A stretch of 64,000 bases of DNA. Source: Deferribacterales bacterium. GTDB taxonomy: Bacteria > Chrysiogenota > Deferribacteres > Deferribacterales > Geovibrionaceae. The notes under the pieces are model-generated. The model did not search any database. It was not told the origin of the DNA and saw only the letters and a list, made by a program, of their open reading frames with translations. The position numbers were made by a program, and so were the translations under genes. This document shows positions 9,019 through 17,328 of this stretch, in pieces. How positions within the stretch are numbered: the stretch's first letter is position 1; the number at the start of each line of letters is the position of its first letter. Location of the stretch: assembly GCA_050251945.1 (NCBI GenBank), contig JBFWLW010000003.1, positions 1 to 64,000 of the forward strand. Reading direction: 5' to 3'.

Positions 9019-10233
9019 TCAGACAGCTTTATACTGCGGAATAGGTTCTTCCGCGATCTGCGGCTGTCCGGCGTTTCTGCCGTGTGTGAAGTAATAGAGA
9101 ACGAGGCAGAGAAGGGATATCACAGCCAGCAGTAAATACATTCCTTTATAACCCGTTGCGGGGATCACAAGTCCCAGAACAAGGGGACCCATGCCGACAC
9201 CCGCATCCACGAAAGCGTAGAAGGTGGAGTTTGCCAGAGCAAGTCTGTCAGGAGGCGTCAGCTTAACGGCTATGGCAAGTCCGCATGACTGCACAACGCC
9301 AATGCCGAAGCCTATAAGCGCCGCAGACGTAAGAACACCCACGGCGCCCTTTGAAGCACCTAAAATACACATCCCTGCCGCAACGGCGACAAAAGACGGG
9401 TACATGGAAACGTTTTCGCCTTTAGAATCAAAAAGTTTTCCGGTATACGGTCTGGAAACCAGTATTACGACGGAATAGACAACAAAGAACATTGAGGCGG
9501 CGGCTGTCAGCCCCTCCTGTTTTGCAAAAGGGGTGATGAACGCCATCACACCGGAATAGCAGAAATACATCACGAGACACACGAAGCTTATGGGTACGGC
9601 GGCAAATTCAAAGTATGATGAAAGTCCGCCGCGCACACCGGCAGGCTGTCTTTCCGCTACAAGAACCTCTTTATCGCGGCTCATGAATACAGTTCCCGCC
9701 AGACATATCACAGCGGCGGCTGTGCAAACCGAAAATATCGTGTCAAACCCGCCGTGCGAGATGATAAACATGCCGATGAACGGTCCCACTGCGGAAGCCA
9801 GAGTGATGCTGAGCAGATAATAGCCCAGCCCTTCGCCCCTGCGTTCGGCAGGGATCATCCCTGCGACTATGGTTCCGACGGCAGTTGCCGCAGCGCCGTA
9901 TGCTATGCCGTGTACCAGCCGCACCGCATAAAGCAGATAGAGGCTGTGGGCTGTGAAATAGAGCAGTACGGTGCCGAGGCAGATAAGCGTACTGTAAAAA
10001 AGCAGATTCCATCTGCCTGTAAAGCTCATCCATTTTCCGCAGAACATTCTGGATATCAGCGCACCGATAACAAACAGTCCGGCGGCAAACCCGCCTTCGC
10101 CTATGGAGCCTCCGATTGATTCGGTGACGTAAAGCGTCATTATCATCATGGGAATATAGTAACCAAGCATCAGAAAGAAATTGACCGATGCTCCCAAAAT
10201 AAAGTCTTTAGTAAAGACTTTCTGAGAATTCAT
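9019..10233 (-). CDS. MFS transporter
   Basis: About 12 hydrophobic segments; GKLFDSKG and PAERRGEGLG MFS motifs. Confidence 0.92.
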   Translation of the reverse strand: MNSQKVFTKDFILGASVNFFLMLGYYIPMMIMTLYVTESIGGSIGEGGFAAGLFVIGALISRMFCGKWMSFTGRWNLLFYSTLICLGTVLLYFTAHSLYLLYAVRLVHGIAYGAAATAVGTIVAGMIPAERRGEGLGYYLLSITLASAVGPFIGMFIISHGGFDTIFSVCTAAAVICLAGTVFMSRDKEVLVAERQPAGVRGGLSSYFEFAAVPISFVCLVMYFCYSGVMAFITPFAKQEGLTAAASMFFVVYSVVILVSRPYTGKLFDSKGENVSMYPSFVAVAAGMCILGASKGAVGVLTSAALIGFGIGVVQSCGLAIAVKLTPPDRLALANSTFYAFVDAGVGMGPLVLGLVIPATGYKGMYLLLAVISLLCLVLYYFTHGRNAGQPQIAEEPIPQYKAV

Positions 10234-10643
10234 ACTGCACAGTGCTCTTTAACTATCATAACAGGCACCTTTGCGTGCTGAACAACGGCATGGCTGACAC
10301 TGCCCAGATATTCCTTAATGCCTGTCAGACCGCGACTGCCCATTATTATCATGTCGCTTTCGGTCTTTTCCGCCTGTTCCAGTATGGCATAGGAAGGAGA
10401 CATTCCGGCTATCATCATGAACTTCTGACGACCCCTGAAATTGTTCAGGATTGTGAGCGCATTCGTCTCAATGTCCATGTCCTGATCGTAAATATCCGCA
10501 AGCTCCGCAGAAGGCGCGCCGACGACAACGTGCATCGCCATTATTTCGGCACCGCAGGTATCGGCCAGAGCAATTGCCCTTCTCAAAGAAAGGTCAGCCG
10601 CCGCGGAACCATCATAAGCAACCAGTATTCTTTTACACCACAT
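10230..10643 (-). CDS. Universal stress protein (UspA family)
   Basis: ILVAYDGS and MGSRGLTGIKEYLGSVSHAVV motifs. Confidence 0.93.
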   Translation of the reverse strand: MWCKRILVAYDGSAAADLSLRRAIALADTCGAEIMAMHVVVGAPSAELADIYDQDMDIETNALTILNNFRGRQKFMMIAGMSPSYAILEQAEKTESDMIIMGSRGLTGIKEYLGSVSHAVVQHAKVPVMIVKEHCAV

Positions 10644-10750
10644 GGTCAGTCCCCCTTATGTTTTGCAAGAATATAACATCCGCCATTAATAATTTGAAAT
10701 ACATATTTCATCATGGTAATATAACTTTCAAGCTATTAGAGAGGTGAACC

Positions 10751-11644
10751 ATGGAGTACATACAGCTTAGATATTTCCTCACTGTTGCTGAACATGAAAA
10801 CATAACCCATGCGGCGAACGAGCTGAATATCAGCCAGCCTTCGCTGAGCAAGACCATTTCCAGACTGGAAGAGAATCTGGGCGTTGAGCTTTTCGAGCGA
10901 AAGGGCAAGAGGATACTTCTGAACGAGTTCGGAAGGATGTTTGAAAAGCGGGTGCGCAGGATATTCGTTGAGATGGATCAGGCGCAGAGGGAGCTTACGG
11001 ACATGGCGAAGCTCCGGAGGAACAGGATAACCATCGGCTCAACAGTTGCGCGGATAATGCCGAAGCTTCTCACGGGTTTTCTAGGCGTACATCCGAACAT
11101 TCTGTTCAACCTGATACAGATAACAAGCCACGAAAAGATACTGAAAAGCCTTTTGGACGGTGAAATAGATCTGAGCGTGTCCATTCTGCCCATAGACGAA
11201 GCGGGAGTGGAATGTCACAGACAGGCATCCGACGAGATACTCATAGCCGTTTCAAAAAACCACAGACTCGCAGGACAAGGTTCCGTGAGCCTGATTGAAA
11301 TAGCAAACGAGCCTCTGGTCTACCATTCCAACGAAACGGGACTGCGCAGGATAACCGATTCGTTTCTGAAAAGGATGAAGATAAACCCGAAGATAGCTTT
11401 TGAATGTACCACGCCGGATATCATATGCGAGCTTGCGGGCAAAGGTTTCGGCAATACGCTGATCCCCGCGTCATGGCTGGATACGGTGGACGTGTCTTCT
11501 CTGTCGTGTCTGCATATAAACGATTTCAAGTGCGAACGGGGCATCTGGCTCTCGTGGGTGACAGACAGATATATGCCTCCGTCAGCCGATGATTTCATAA
11601 CCCACGCAAAGGTGTATTTCTCAAAAGGCTACAGTCTGAAATAG
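10751..11644 (+). CDS. LysR-family transcriptional regulator
   Basis: N-terminal HTH (AANELNISQPSLSKTISRLEENLGVELFER); 297 aa; divergent from usp-MFS. Confidence 0.95.
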   Translation: MEYIQLRYFLTVAEHENITHAANELNISQPSLSKTISRLEENLGVELFERKGKRILLNEFGRMFEKRVRRIFVEMDQAQRELTDMAKLRRNRITIGSTVARIMPKLLTGFLGVHPNILFNLIQITSHEKILKSLLDGEIDLSVSILPIDEAGVECHRQASDEILIAVSKNHRLAGQGSVSLIEIANEPLVYHSNETGLRRITDSFLKRMKINPKIAFECTTPDIICELAGKGFGNTLIPASWLDTVDVSSLSCLHINDFKCERGIWLSWVTDRYMPPSADDFITHAKVYFSKGYSLK

Positions 11645-11653
11645 CATCAAAAA

Positions 11654-11684
11654 TTGGTACCCTCCGATTTCGCTGATCTGGACC
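11654..11684 (+). promoter_or_regulatory. Putative MocR operator
   Basis: TTGGTAC (11654) and CTGGACC (11678), 24-bp period, upstream of the yeeE/yedE genes. Confidence 0.55.
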
Positions 11685-11745
11685 TTTCAATAAAGCCGTT
11701 TATTGAGCAAAATTAATCAGAACAGCTCAGCAAAGGGGAGGAGGG

Positions 11746-12270
11746 ATGATATCACGGGTTATCACCGCCAAAACATGGACACCATGGGTAACAGGAGCGC
11801 TCACCGGAATACTCGCAGCTCTATGCTGTGTATGCGGCAAGACCGTTCTCGGAGCTTCCGGAGGTTTCATAACAGCCGCAAGCTTCATGGGTAAATACCT
11901 GAACATGCCGTGGCAGGATCTTCTTTATTTTAAATTTGTAAAACCGCCCGTGATTTCCTTCCAGCTTATCCAGTTTGCAGGGATGATAGCCGGTTCTTTC
12001 ACTGCGGCATATCTGTCGTCCGATTTCAAATTGCGGCTCACGCCTGACGAGGGCATGGGCGGACGCACAGGCTCTGACATAATCAAAAGATGGGTAACGG
12101 TATTCTTCTGCGGGATACTCATTGAGTTCGGCGCAAGCGTGGCAGGCGGATGCACAAGCGGGCTTGGCATATCAGGCATTATACAGCAGTCACCCGCCGG
12201 CTTTTTATTTTTTGCAACGGCTTTTGCCGCCGCAGTCCCAACTGCTTTCATAGTTAAAATGCTGAGGTGA
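11746..12270 (+). CDS. YeeE/YedE-family sulfur/selenium transporter, half 1
   Basis: WTPWVTG, LGASGG and FGASVAGGCTSG motifs. Confidence 0.88.
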   Translation: MISRVITAKTWTPWVTGALTGILAALCCVCGKTVLGASGGFITAASFMGKYLNMPWQDLLYFKFVKPPVISFQLIQFAGMIAGSFTAAYLSSDFKLRLTPDEGMGGRTGSDIIKRWVTVFFCGILIEFGASVAGGCTSGLGISGIIQQSPAGFLFFATAFAAAVPTAFIVKMLR

Positions 12271-12800
12271 TCTGTATGTTCCTACCGCTTATCATAGGCT
12301 TTCTGTTCGGTTTTCTGCTTCAGAGAACAGGGCTTGGTCACAGCTATAAAGTAACCGGGCAATTTACTTTCAGAGATAATACCATGCTGAAATTCATGGT
12401 ATCAGCCCTTGCCTCCGGCATGATTACCGTATCGTTCTTCACCGACGCAGGCATGCTCTCTCCATCTTCGATGCCCGACACTTATGCCCCCGGCAACATC
12501 ATCGGCGGCGCGATACTGGGCATCGGAATGGCAATAGCCGGAGTTTGCCCCGGCACTCTCATAACAGGAATAGGGCAGGGAAATATAGACTATCTTATTC
12601 CCGGGGTTCTCGGATTTCTCACAGGCGGGGTGCTGTTCGGATACTCTTTTAATCCGCACTTTCTGAAACTCAGTGCGATAGGATTCAGCAAAGGTCTCAC
12701 AATGGCACAGCTCACAGGTGCAGGTCACTGGATATTCTCTTTGGAGATGCTTATAATAGCCGCTTCCGCATTTCTCATCACAAGGAAATTTAATATATGA
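12267..12800 (+). CDS. YeeE/YedE-family transporter, half 2
   Basis: GFLFGFLLQR and GGAILGIGMAIAGVCPGT motifs; start overlaps the upstream stop. Confidence 0.88.
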   Translation: MICMFLPLIIGFLFGFLLQRTGLGHSYKVTGQFTFRDNTMLKFMVSALASGMITVSFFTDAGMLSPSSMPDTYAPGNIIGGAILGIGMAIAGVCPGTLITGIGQGNIDYLIPGVLGFLTGGVLFGYSFNPHFLKLSAIGFSKGLTMAQLTGAGHWIFSLEMLIIAASAFLITRKFNI

Positions 12801-13219
12801 GAACAGTCCTTCTTATTCTCCTGCTCGCAGTATGTACCGAAAGCATCTCCTATTCCTCGTCCGGACAGAAGACCGTCGGCGGCATAAAAACCGCGGTTTC
12901 GGCGCAGGAGCTTTTAAAGATAACGGGAGCGTCCTCAAAATTCGTTTATTACGATCTGCGGACATATCTGGAATACTCTATTGTTCACGTCCCAAAATCA
13001 ATCAATCTGCCCATGCAGTATCTTAAGAACAGAATGGACGAAATAGGCGGTCACGACGAAATAATTCTGATTGCCAATGACGAAAAAGAGGCGGCTCTTG
13101 CCTCGCAGATGATAAAAAGCAGATATCCCGATAAAACCATCCGCTTTCTCGGCGGCGGAATAGGTTCATGGATAAACGCCGGATACCCTATCCAGAACGA
13201 GATACCTCACGGATGCTGA
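12797..13219 (+). CDS. Exported rhodanese-like domain protein (no canonical active-site Cys; ends in Gly-Cys)
   Basis: DLRTYLEY, HVPKSINLP and LGGGIGSW motifs; N-terminal signal-like stretch. Confidence 0.82.
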   Translation: MRTVLLILLLAVCTESISYSSSGQKTVGGIKTAVSAQELLKITGASSKFVYYDLRTYLEYSIVHVPKSINLPMQYLKNRMDEIGGHDEIILIANDEKEAALASQMIKSRYPDKTIRFLGGGIGSWINAGYPIQNEIPHGC

Positions 13220-14441
13220 GAAGCGCGTCGCAGAATCTGTCAACCTCTTCAATACTATTGTACATTCCGAAGCTGATACGCACCATACCAGGGCGTTTCT
13301 GATGCCAGTCCGCAAGGTTTAAAGCAATGTCTGACAATGAGATGTTCAGAAGTTTCTGAACGTAAGGCTGAGCGCAGAAACAACCGCTCCGCACGGCTAT
13401 ATCCGCCGTCGTCGAAAGAGCGGCGGCAAGGTCGGAATGGAAAATATCCCTATAATTAAAGCTTATCACCCCGATACCGTTCCTTTCGGAATAGAGGCGC
13501 ACGCCGTCAATCTGTTCAAGTCTGGCAAGAGCATAATCCGTCAGCTCGGATTCGTGCGCATATATACTCTCCATCCCTTCGGCGGCAAGCGTTTTCATGG
13601 CGGCTCCAAGGGCCACAACACCCATCAGGTTCGGCGTACCTGCTTCAAATTTTGCAGGTGAACCGCCCCACAGAACGCTGTTCTTCGTGACGATATCCAC
13701 AGTGCCGCCGCCGGACATGAACGGAAAAGCGGCTTCAAACGTTCCGGTTCTGCCGACAAGGACTCCTGTTCCAAACGGTGCGTAAAGCTTATGGGCGGAA
13801 AAAGCGAAATAATCTATGCCGTCCGCTGTCATATCAACAGCCTTGTGCGGCGCGAGCTGAGCAGCGTCAACACACAGTTCTGCGCCATATCCGCGAATAA
13901 GACCGGATATCTCTTTAAGCGGATTCGTGAAACCCGTCACGTTGGACGCTCCCGTAACGGACACCATGGCGATATCGCCTCTGTGTTTTTTCAGCAGGTC
14001 TTCCAGACTGTTAAGGTCAAGCCTGCCAGCGCTGTCAGTCAGAGCATGCACAACGTTAAAGCGCCTGCGCCATGGCAAATCGTTTGAATGATGTTCCATC
14101 TCCGTGACAATGACCGTTCTCTTTCTGTCGGGAATTATATTGGCAAGCAGATTAAGGCTTTCGGTGGTGTTTTTCGTGAAAAGGGCGGTGTGCGTGTTTT
14201 CATCCGCGCCCGTGAAACGCAGAACGTCCGCTCTGGTCTGTTCGTAAACGCCGGAACAATGATCCGCACGTCTGCCTGAACCTCTGTGGACAGAGGAATA
14301 GCAGCAGGCGAAATCCCGCACAGCGTCCATAACGCTCACAAGAGGAAGCGTTGTGGCGGCATTATCAAAATTTATACCTTTAACGTCATTGCCGCAGCCA
14401 ACGACAAGACGTCTTAATGAATTGCTATGGTCTTTGCTCAT
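13188..14441 (-). CDS. Class-V PLP-dependent enzyme, SufS/CsdA-like cysteine desulfurase or selenocysteine lyase
   Basis: FDNAATT, EHHSN, DAAQ, FSAHK (PLP Lys), EAGTPN and RSGCFCA catalytic loop. Confidence 0.88.
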   Translation of the reverse strand: MSKDHSNSLRRLVVGCGNDVKGINFDNAATTLPLVSVMDAVRDFACCYSSVHRGSGRRADHCSGVYEQTRADVLRFTGADENTHTALFTKNTTESLNLLANIIPDRKRTVIVTEMEHHSNDLPWRRRFNVVHALTDSAGRLDLNSLEDLLKKHRGDIAMVSVTGASNVTGFTNPLKEISGLIRGYGAELCVDAAQLAPHKAVDMTADGIDYFAFSAHKLYAPFGTGVLVGRTGTFEAAFPFMSGGGTVDIVTKNSVLWGGSPAKFEAGTPNLMGVVALGAAMKTLAAEGMESIYAHESELTDYALARLEQIDGVRLYSERNGIGVISFNYRDIFHSDLAAALSTTADIAVRSGCFCAQPYVQKLLNISLSDIALNLADWHQKRPGMVRISFGMYNSIEEVDRFCDALLSIREVSRSG

Positions 14442-14542
14442 ATGTAAACTTTATTATAACTCTTCATAAAGGCACAGTACCAGATGAAAAATAAGTAAAG
14501 GGGCAAGAATGTATAAAAAACAGGGCGGAATTTTCCGCCCTC

Positions 14543-14682
14543 AGGTTGTTGACAAACTTGTTAAAAGTTAATGAGATTGCCGCGTCAGCCTACAGCTTCC
14601 TCGCAATGACAGCAATTTACGTCTTCGCGAGGAGTGCATGCGACGACGCGATCTCGCATTTTCCTGACTTTGTCATCAGTCT
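14543..14682 (+). mobile_element. MITE-like element, copy 2, flanked by a perfectly inverted 22-bp hairpin duplication
   Basis: Ends aggttgttgacaaact...actttgtcatcagtct; 14521-14542 is the exact reverse complement of 14683-14704. Confidence 0.78.
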
Positions 14683-14776
14683 GAGGGCGGAAAATTCCGC
14701 CCTGTATAAAGGAGGTCGTCGTTTACGCGTTACCTACAGGATCGTTTTATCCTACGCACAGACGATGAGAACAGTA

Positions 14777-16009
14777 TTATTTATTTCCGAATGCGAATTT
14801 ATAAGTAACATAATATCTTGTATCGTTATAATCCTCGCCGCCGTCAACTTTGATATCCGCATATCTGGCTCTTACGCCGAAACCGTCCAGAGCGCCGGAG
14901 AATGCATACTGAACGCTGTAATCCATTTCTGACATATCTTTGCCTGTTGACGCGGGCACATCATAGCCGGCATAGAACACGTATGCGCTGAGACCCTTAA
15001 CTCCGAGTTTGCCGAAGTCGTAGCCGACTTTCAGAGCTTTCGCTTTCTCTTCTGCTCTGCCTGCCGCAAGTATCTGCTGAATAATTGCCTTCTCGTCGCC
15101 CCAAGGAGCCACTATGCCGTCGTCGCCTGTTTTCGCATAGAAAGCGGTGATGTCGAATCCAAGTGCTTTGATACCGCCGCTGATGCCGTACTGGTTAGTG
15201 TCAAGGTCGCCGTTCAGTTCATCGCCCTGAGATTTCTGCCACAGGACAGATGGTTTGGCATAAAGAGTAAAACCGTCGAAATCTTTTGACAGTGCAACTT
15301 TGAAGAATGTCTGATTATAAACGTCCTCCATTGTGTAGTACCATCCCTGAACGTTTGTTTTGACAACATCAACCGGAACGTTGTATGAAGCGCCGAGTAT
15401 GACCATCGCTTTATCGTCGTCAATTGTGGATGCGCCGCCGGGTTCGTTTGCCACAGCCTCGGAAAGCGAGATGAAATGATCGTCGCTCCAGCCCATTGAA
15501 TCTGTAATGTAATATGCGGACAGAGTAAGGTTGTCCACGCTGTTGTTCACAACGGACAAACCTTTGTAGGTTCTGGGAAGCATACGCAGGTCATGCACTT
15601 CCATAAAGGGTGTGCGGATCTCCTGTGCGCCGTATTTCACTACAGTATTAAAATACTCACCCTGAATGTAGTATTCCTGCATACGGCTGAAGCTCTGGTG
15701 ATCGCCGTTGTCATCCTTCTGAAGTGTGCCGTAAACAGTGTGGTGGTCGTTACTGTCAACATCGTTAACGGTACCGAAAGCAGTACCGAAAGAGATGCCT
15801 TTCAGGGGCGCGGTCTTATAATAGAGAAGTCCGCCCACTGCCATATCGCCTCTTGTGCTTGTGCTGCCTTCAAAGTCCCTTGTAAAATCCAGAAATCTTA
15901 TGTCGCCTCTCACAGAACCCTGTGTGAACATGTCTTTAACGTTATCTGCGGCAAAAGCTGTAAATGTAAGCAGCATAGCCGGAATTAACGCTGTAAGTAT
16001 TTTTTTCAT
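14777..16009 (-). CDS. OprD-family outer membrane porin
   Basis: Signal peptide ending AFA; YYKTAP, GAQEIRTP and RMLPRTY motifs; amphipathic beta-strands; aromatic-rich C-terminal strand. Confidence 0.85.
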   Translation of the reverse strand: MKKILTALIPAMLLTFTAFAADNVKDMFTQGSVRGDIRFLDFTRDFEGSTSTRGDMAVGGLLYYKTAPLKGISFGTAFGTVNDVDSNDHHTVYGTLQKDDNGDHQSFSRMQEYYIQGEYFNTVVKYGAQEIRTPFMEVHDLRMLPRTYKGLSVVNNSVDNLTLSAYYITDSMGWSDDHFISLSEAVANEPGGASTIDDDKAMVILGASYNVPVDVVKTNVQGWYYTMEDVYNQTFFKVALSKDFDGFTLYAKPSVLWQKSQGDELNGDLDTNQYGISGGIKALGFDITAFYAKTGDDGIVAPWGDEKAIIQQILAAGRAEEKAKALKVGYDFGKLGVKGLSAYVFYAGYDVPASTGKDMSEMDYSVQYAFSGALDGFGVRARYADIKVDGGEDYNDTRYYVTYKFAFGNK

Positions 16010-16024
16010 ATTATCTCCTTATGT

Positions 16025-16654
16025 CTAACCGAGCATGAGCATCGTAAGGTCTAAAACGCCCTTGAAATACTCTGTTTTCACATGTTTTTGCGCTTCCTCA
16101 TAAAACATGGGGAACCAGCCTTCAATGTGTCTGCCGACAAAACTGTCGAGACATCCGGTCAGTCTGTCGTATTCGTCCGTATTTCCGCAGTTCAGCGCGT
16201 TCACTTTGAGCAGTGCAAGAAAACCTGCAAACTCAAGCGCGATGCCGATATAATCCTGACGGTTTTTAAGGTCTGAATATCCGCAGTAACCTTCGTCCAG
16301 ATAAAGCTGTGTCAGCTCAGAAAAGAGCTGTGTACCCTTGTCGCCGACATAAAGAGCTTCATACGGAGCTTTGGGGCCGTATTCGGGAGATACCCCCCGG
16401 AAAAGCTTTGTCCAGTCTCTCTTAAGATCGAGAAGCGACTCGCTCTCTTCTCCCGCTGCGGTATCCTTTGCATAATCCGTTATCTTTCTGAAACACTCCC
16501 TGAAATCTTCGTCACATATGCCTTCAATGTCGATATTGCGCATTGCGGCAACGCAGTTGAGGTCAGGATTGATGTTATAAAAAGCAGCCAGAAGAGTGAA
16601 AACTTCCGCTTCGTTCTCTGCCGCTATAGTCTTTGTTTCAAGTACACTGCTCAT
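16025..16654 (-). CDS. TorD/DmsD-family molybdoenzyme chaperone
   Basis: WTKLF, PYEALY, QDYIGIALEF (variant of the E-x-x-DH motif) and HIEGW; follows the Mo enzyme genes. Confidence 0.88.
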   Translation of the reverse strand: MSSVLETKTIAAENEAEVFTLLAAFYNINPDLNCVAAMRNIDIEGICDEDFRECFRKITDYAKDTAAGEESESLLDLKRDWTKLFRGVSPEYGPKAPYEALYVGDKGTQLFSELTQLYLDEGYCGYSDLKNRQDYIGIALEFAGFLALLKVNALNCGNTDEYDRLTGCLDSFVGRHIEGWFPMFYEEAQKHVKTEYFKGVLDLTMLMLG

Positions 16655-16707
16655 GTAAACCTCCGGTTCGGTAATGTGCGGCGGTCATCCCGCCGCACCG
16701 TGATTCA

Positions 16708-17316
16708 TCAGTCGATGTAAAAAACCCTCGGTTTTGTGCCTTTTTCGGGCATATAGGGTTTCGGTTTGAATTTCTTGAACATCTTGGAAATTTCGCTTTC
16801 CGGATCGTCCAGATCACCGAATATTCTCGCCACACCTGCGCATGTTGCAACACAGGCAGGGGGAAGACCTTTTTCGCGTCTGGGTGCGCAGAAAGTACAT
16901 TTGTCAACAGTGTTGACAACGTGCTCTTTCATCCTCTCAGCTTCATATTGGTTCTGTTTGCCGACTTCGCTCCAGTATGTGGGGGTCTCCTCGCTATTGA
17001 AGTATCTTGCGCCGTAAGGACATGCTTCCATGCACATCTGGCATCCGATACATTCGGAAGCTGTAACCTGAACTGTTCCGTCCGCGAGCTTTTTGGAAGC
17101 CTTTGTAGGGCATACCTTAACGCAGGGTGCATTGTCGCAGTGGTTGCATATCAGGGGCATGTATTCCATATGAGCGTTGGGAAACTTACCCTTCTCAATG
17201 GAAAGCGTCTTTGTCCAGAATGTTCCCGGAGGCGTTGCATTTGCGACTTTACATGCTACCGTGCATCCCTGACAGGCATAGCATCTTCTTTTGTCTATGA
17301 TCATTGCGTATCTCAT
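16708..17316 (-). CDS. 4x[4Fe-4S] electron-transfer subunit (DmsB/PsrB/NrfC type)
   Basis: CYACQGCTVAC, CNHCDNAPCVKVCP, CIGCQMCMEACP and CTFC...PACVATC. Confidence 0.95.
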   Translation of the reverse strand: MRYAMIIDKRRCYACQGCTVACKVANATPPGTFWTKTLSIEKGKFPNAHMEYMPLICNHCDNAPCVKVCPTKASKKLADGTVQVTASECIGCQMCMEACPYGARYFNSEETPTYWSEVGKQNQYEAERMKEHVVNTVDKCTFCAPRREKGLPPACVATCAGVARIFGDLDDPESEISKMFKKFKPKPYMPEKGTKPRVFYID

Positions 17317-17328
17317 TGCATCCTCCCG

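Noticed and set aside
13214..13290. Rhodanese ...GC-TGA read as a Gly-Cys-Sec selenoprotein
   Set aside because: The downstream sequence is the coding strand of the convergent gene and I see no convincing SECIS hairpin; not supportable without a bSECIS search
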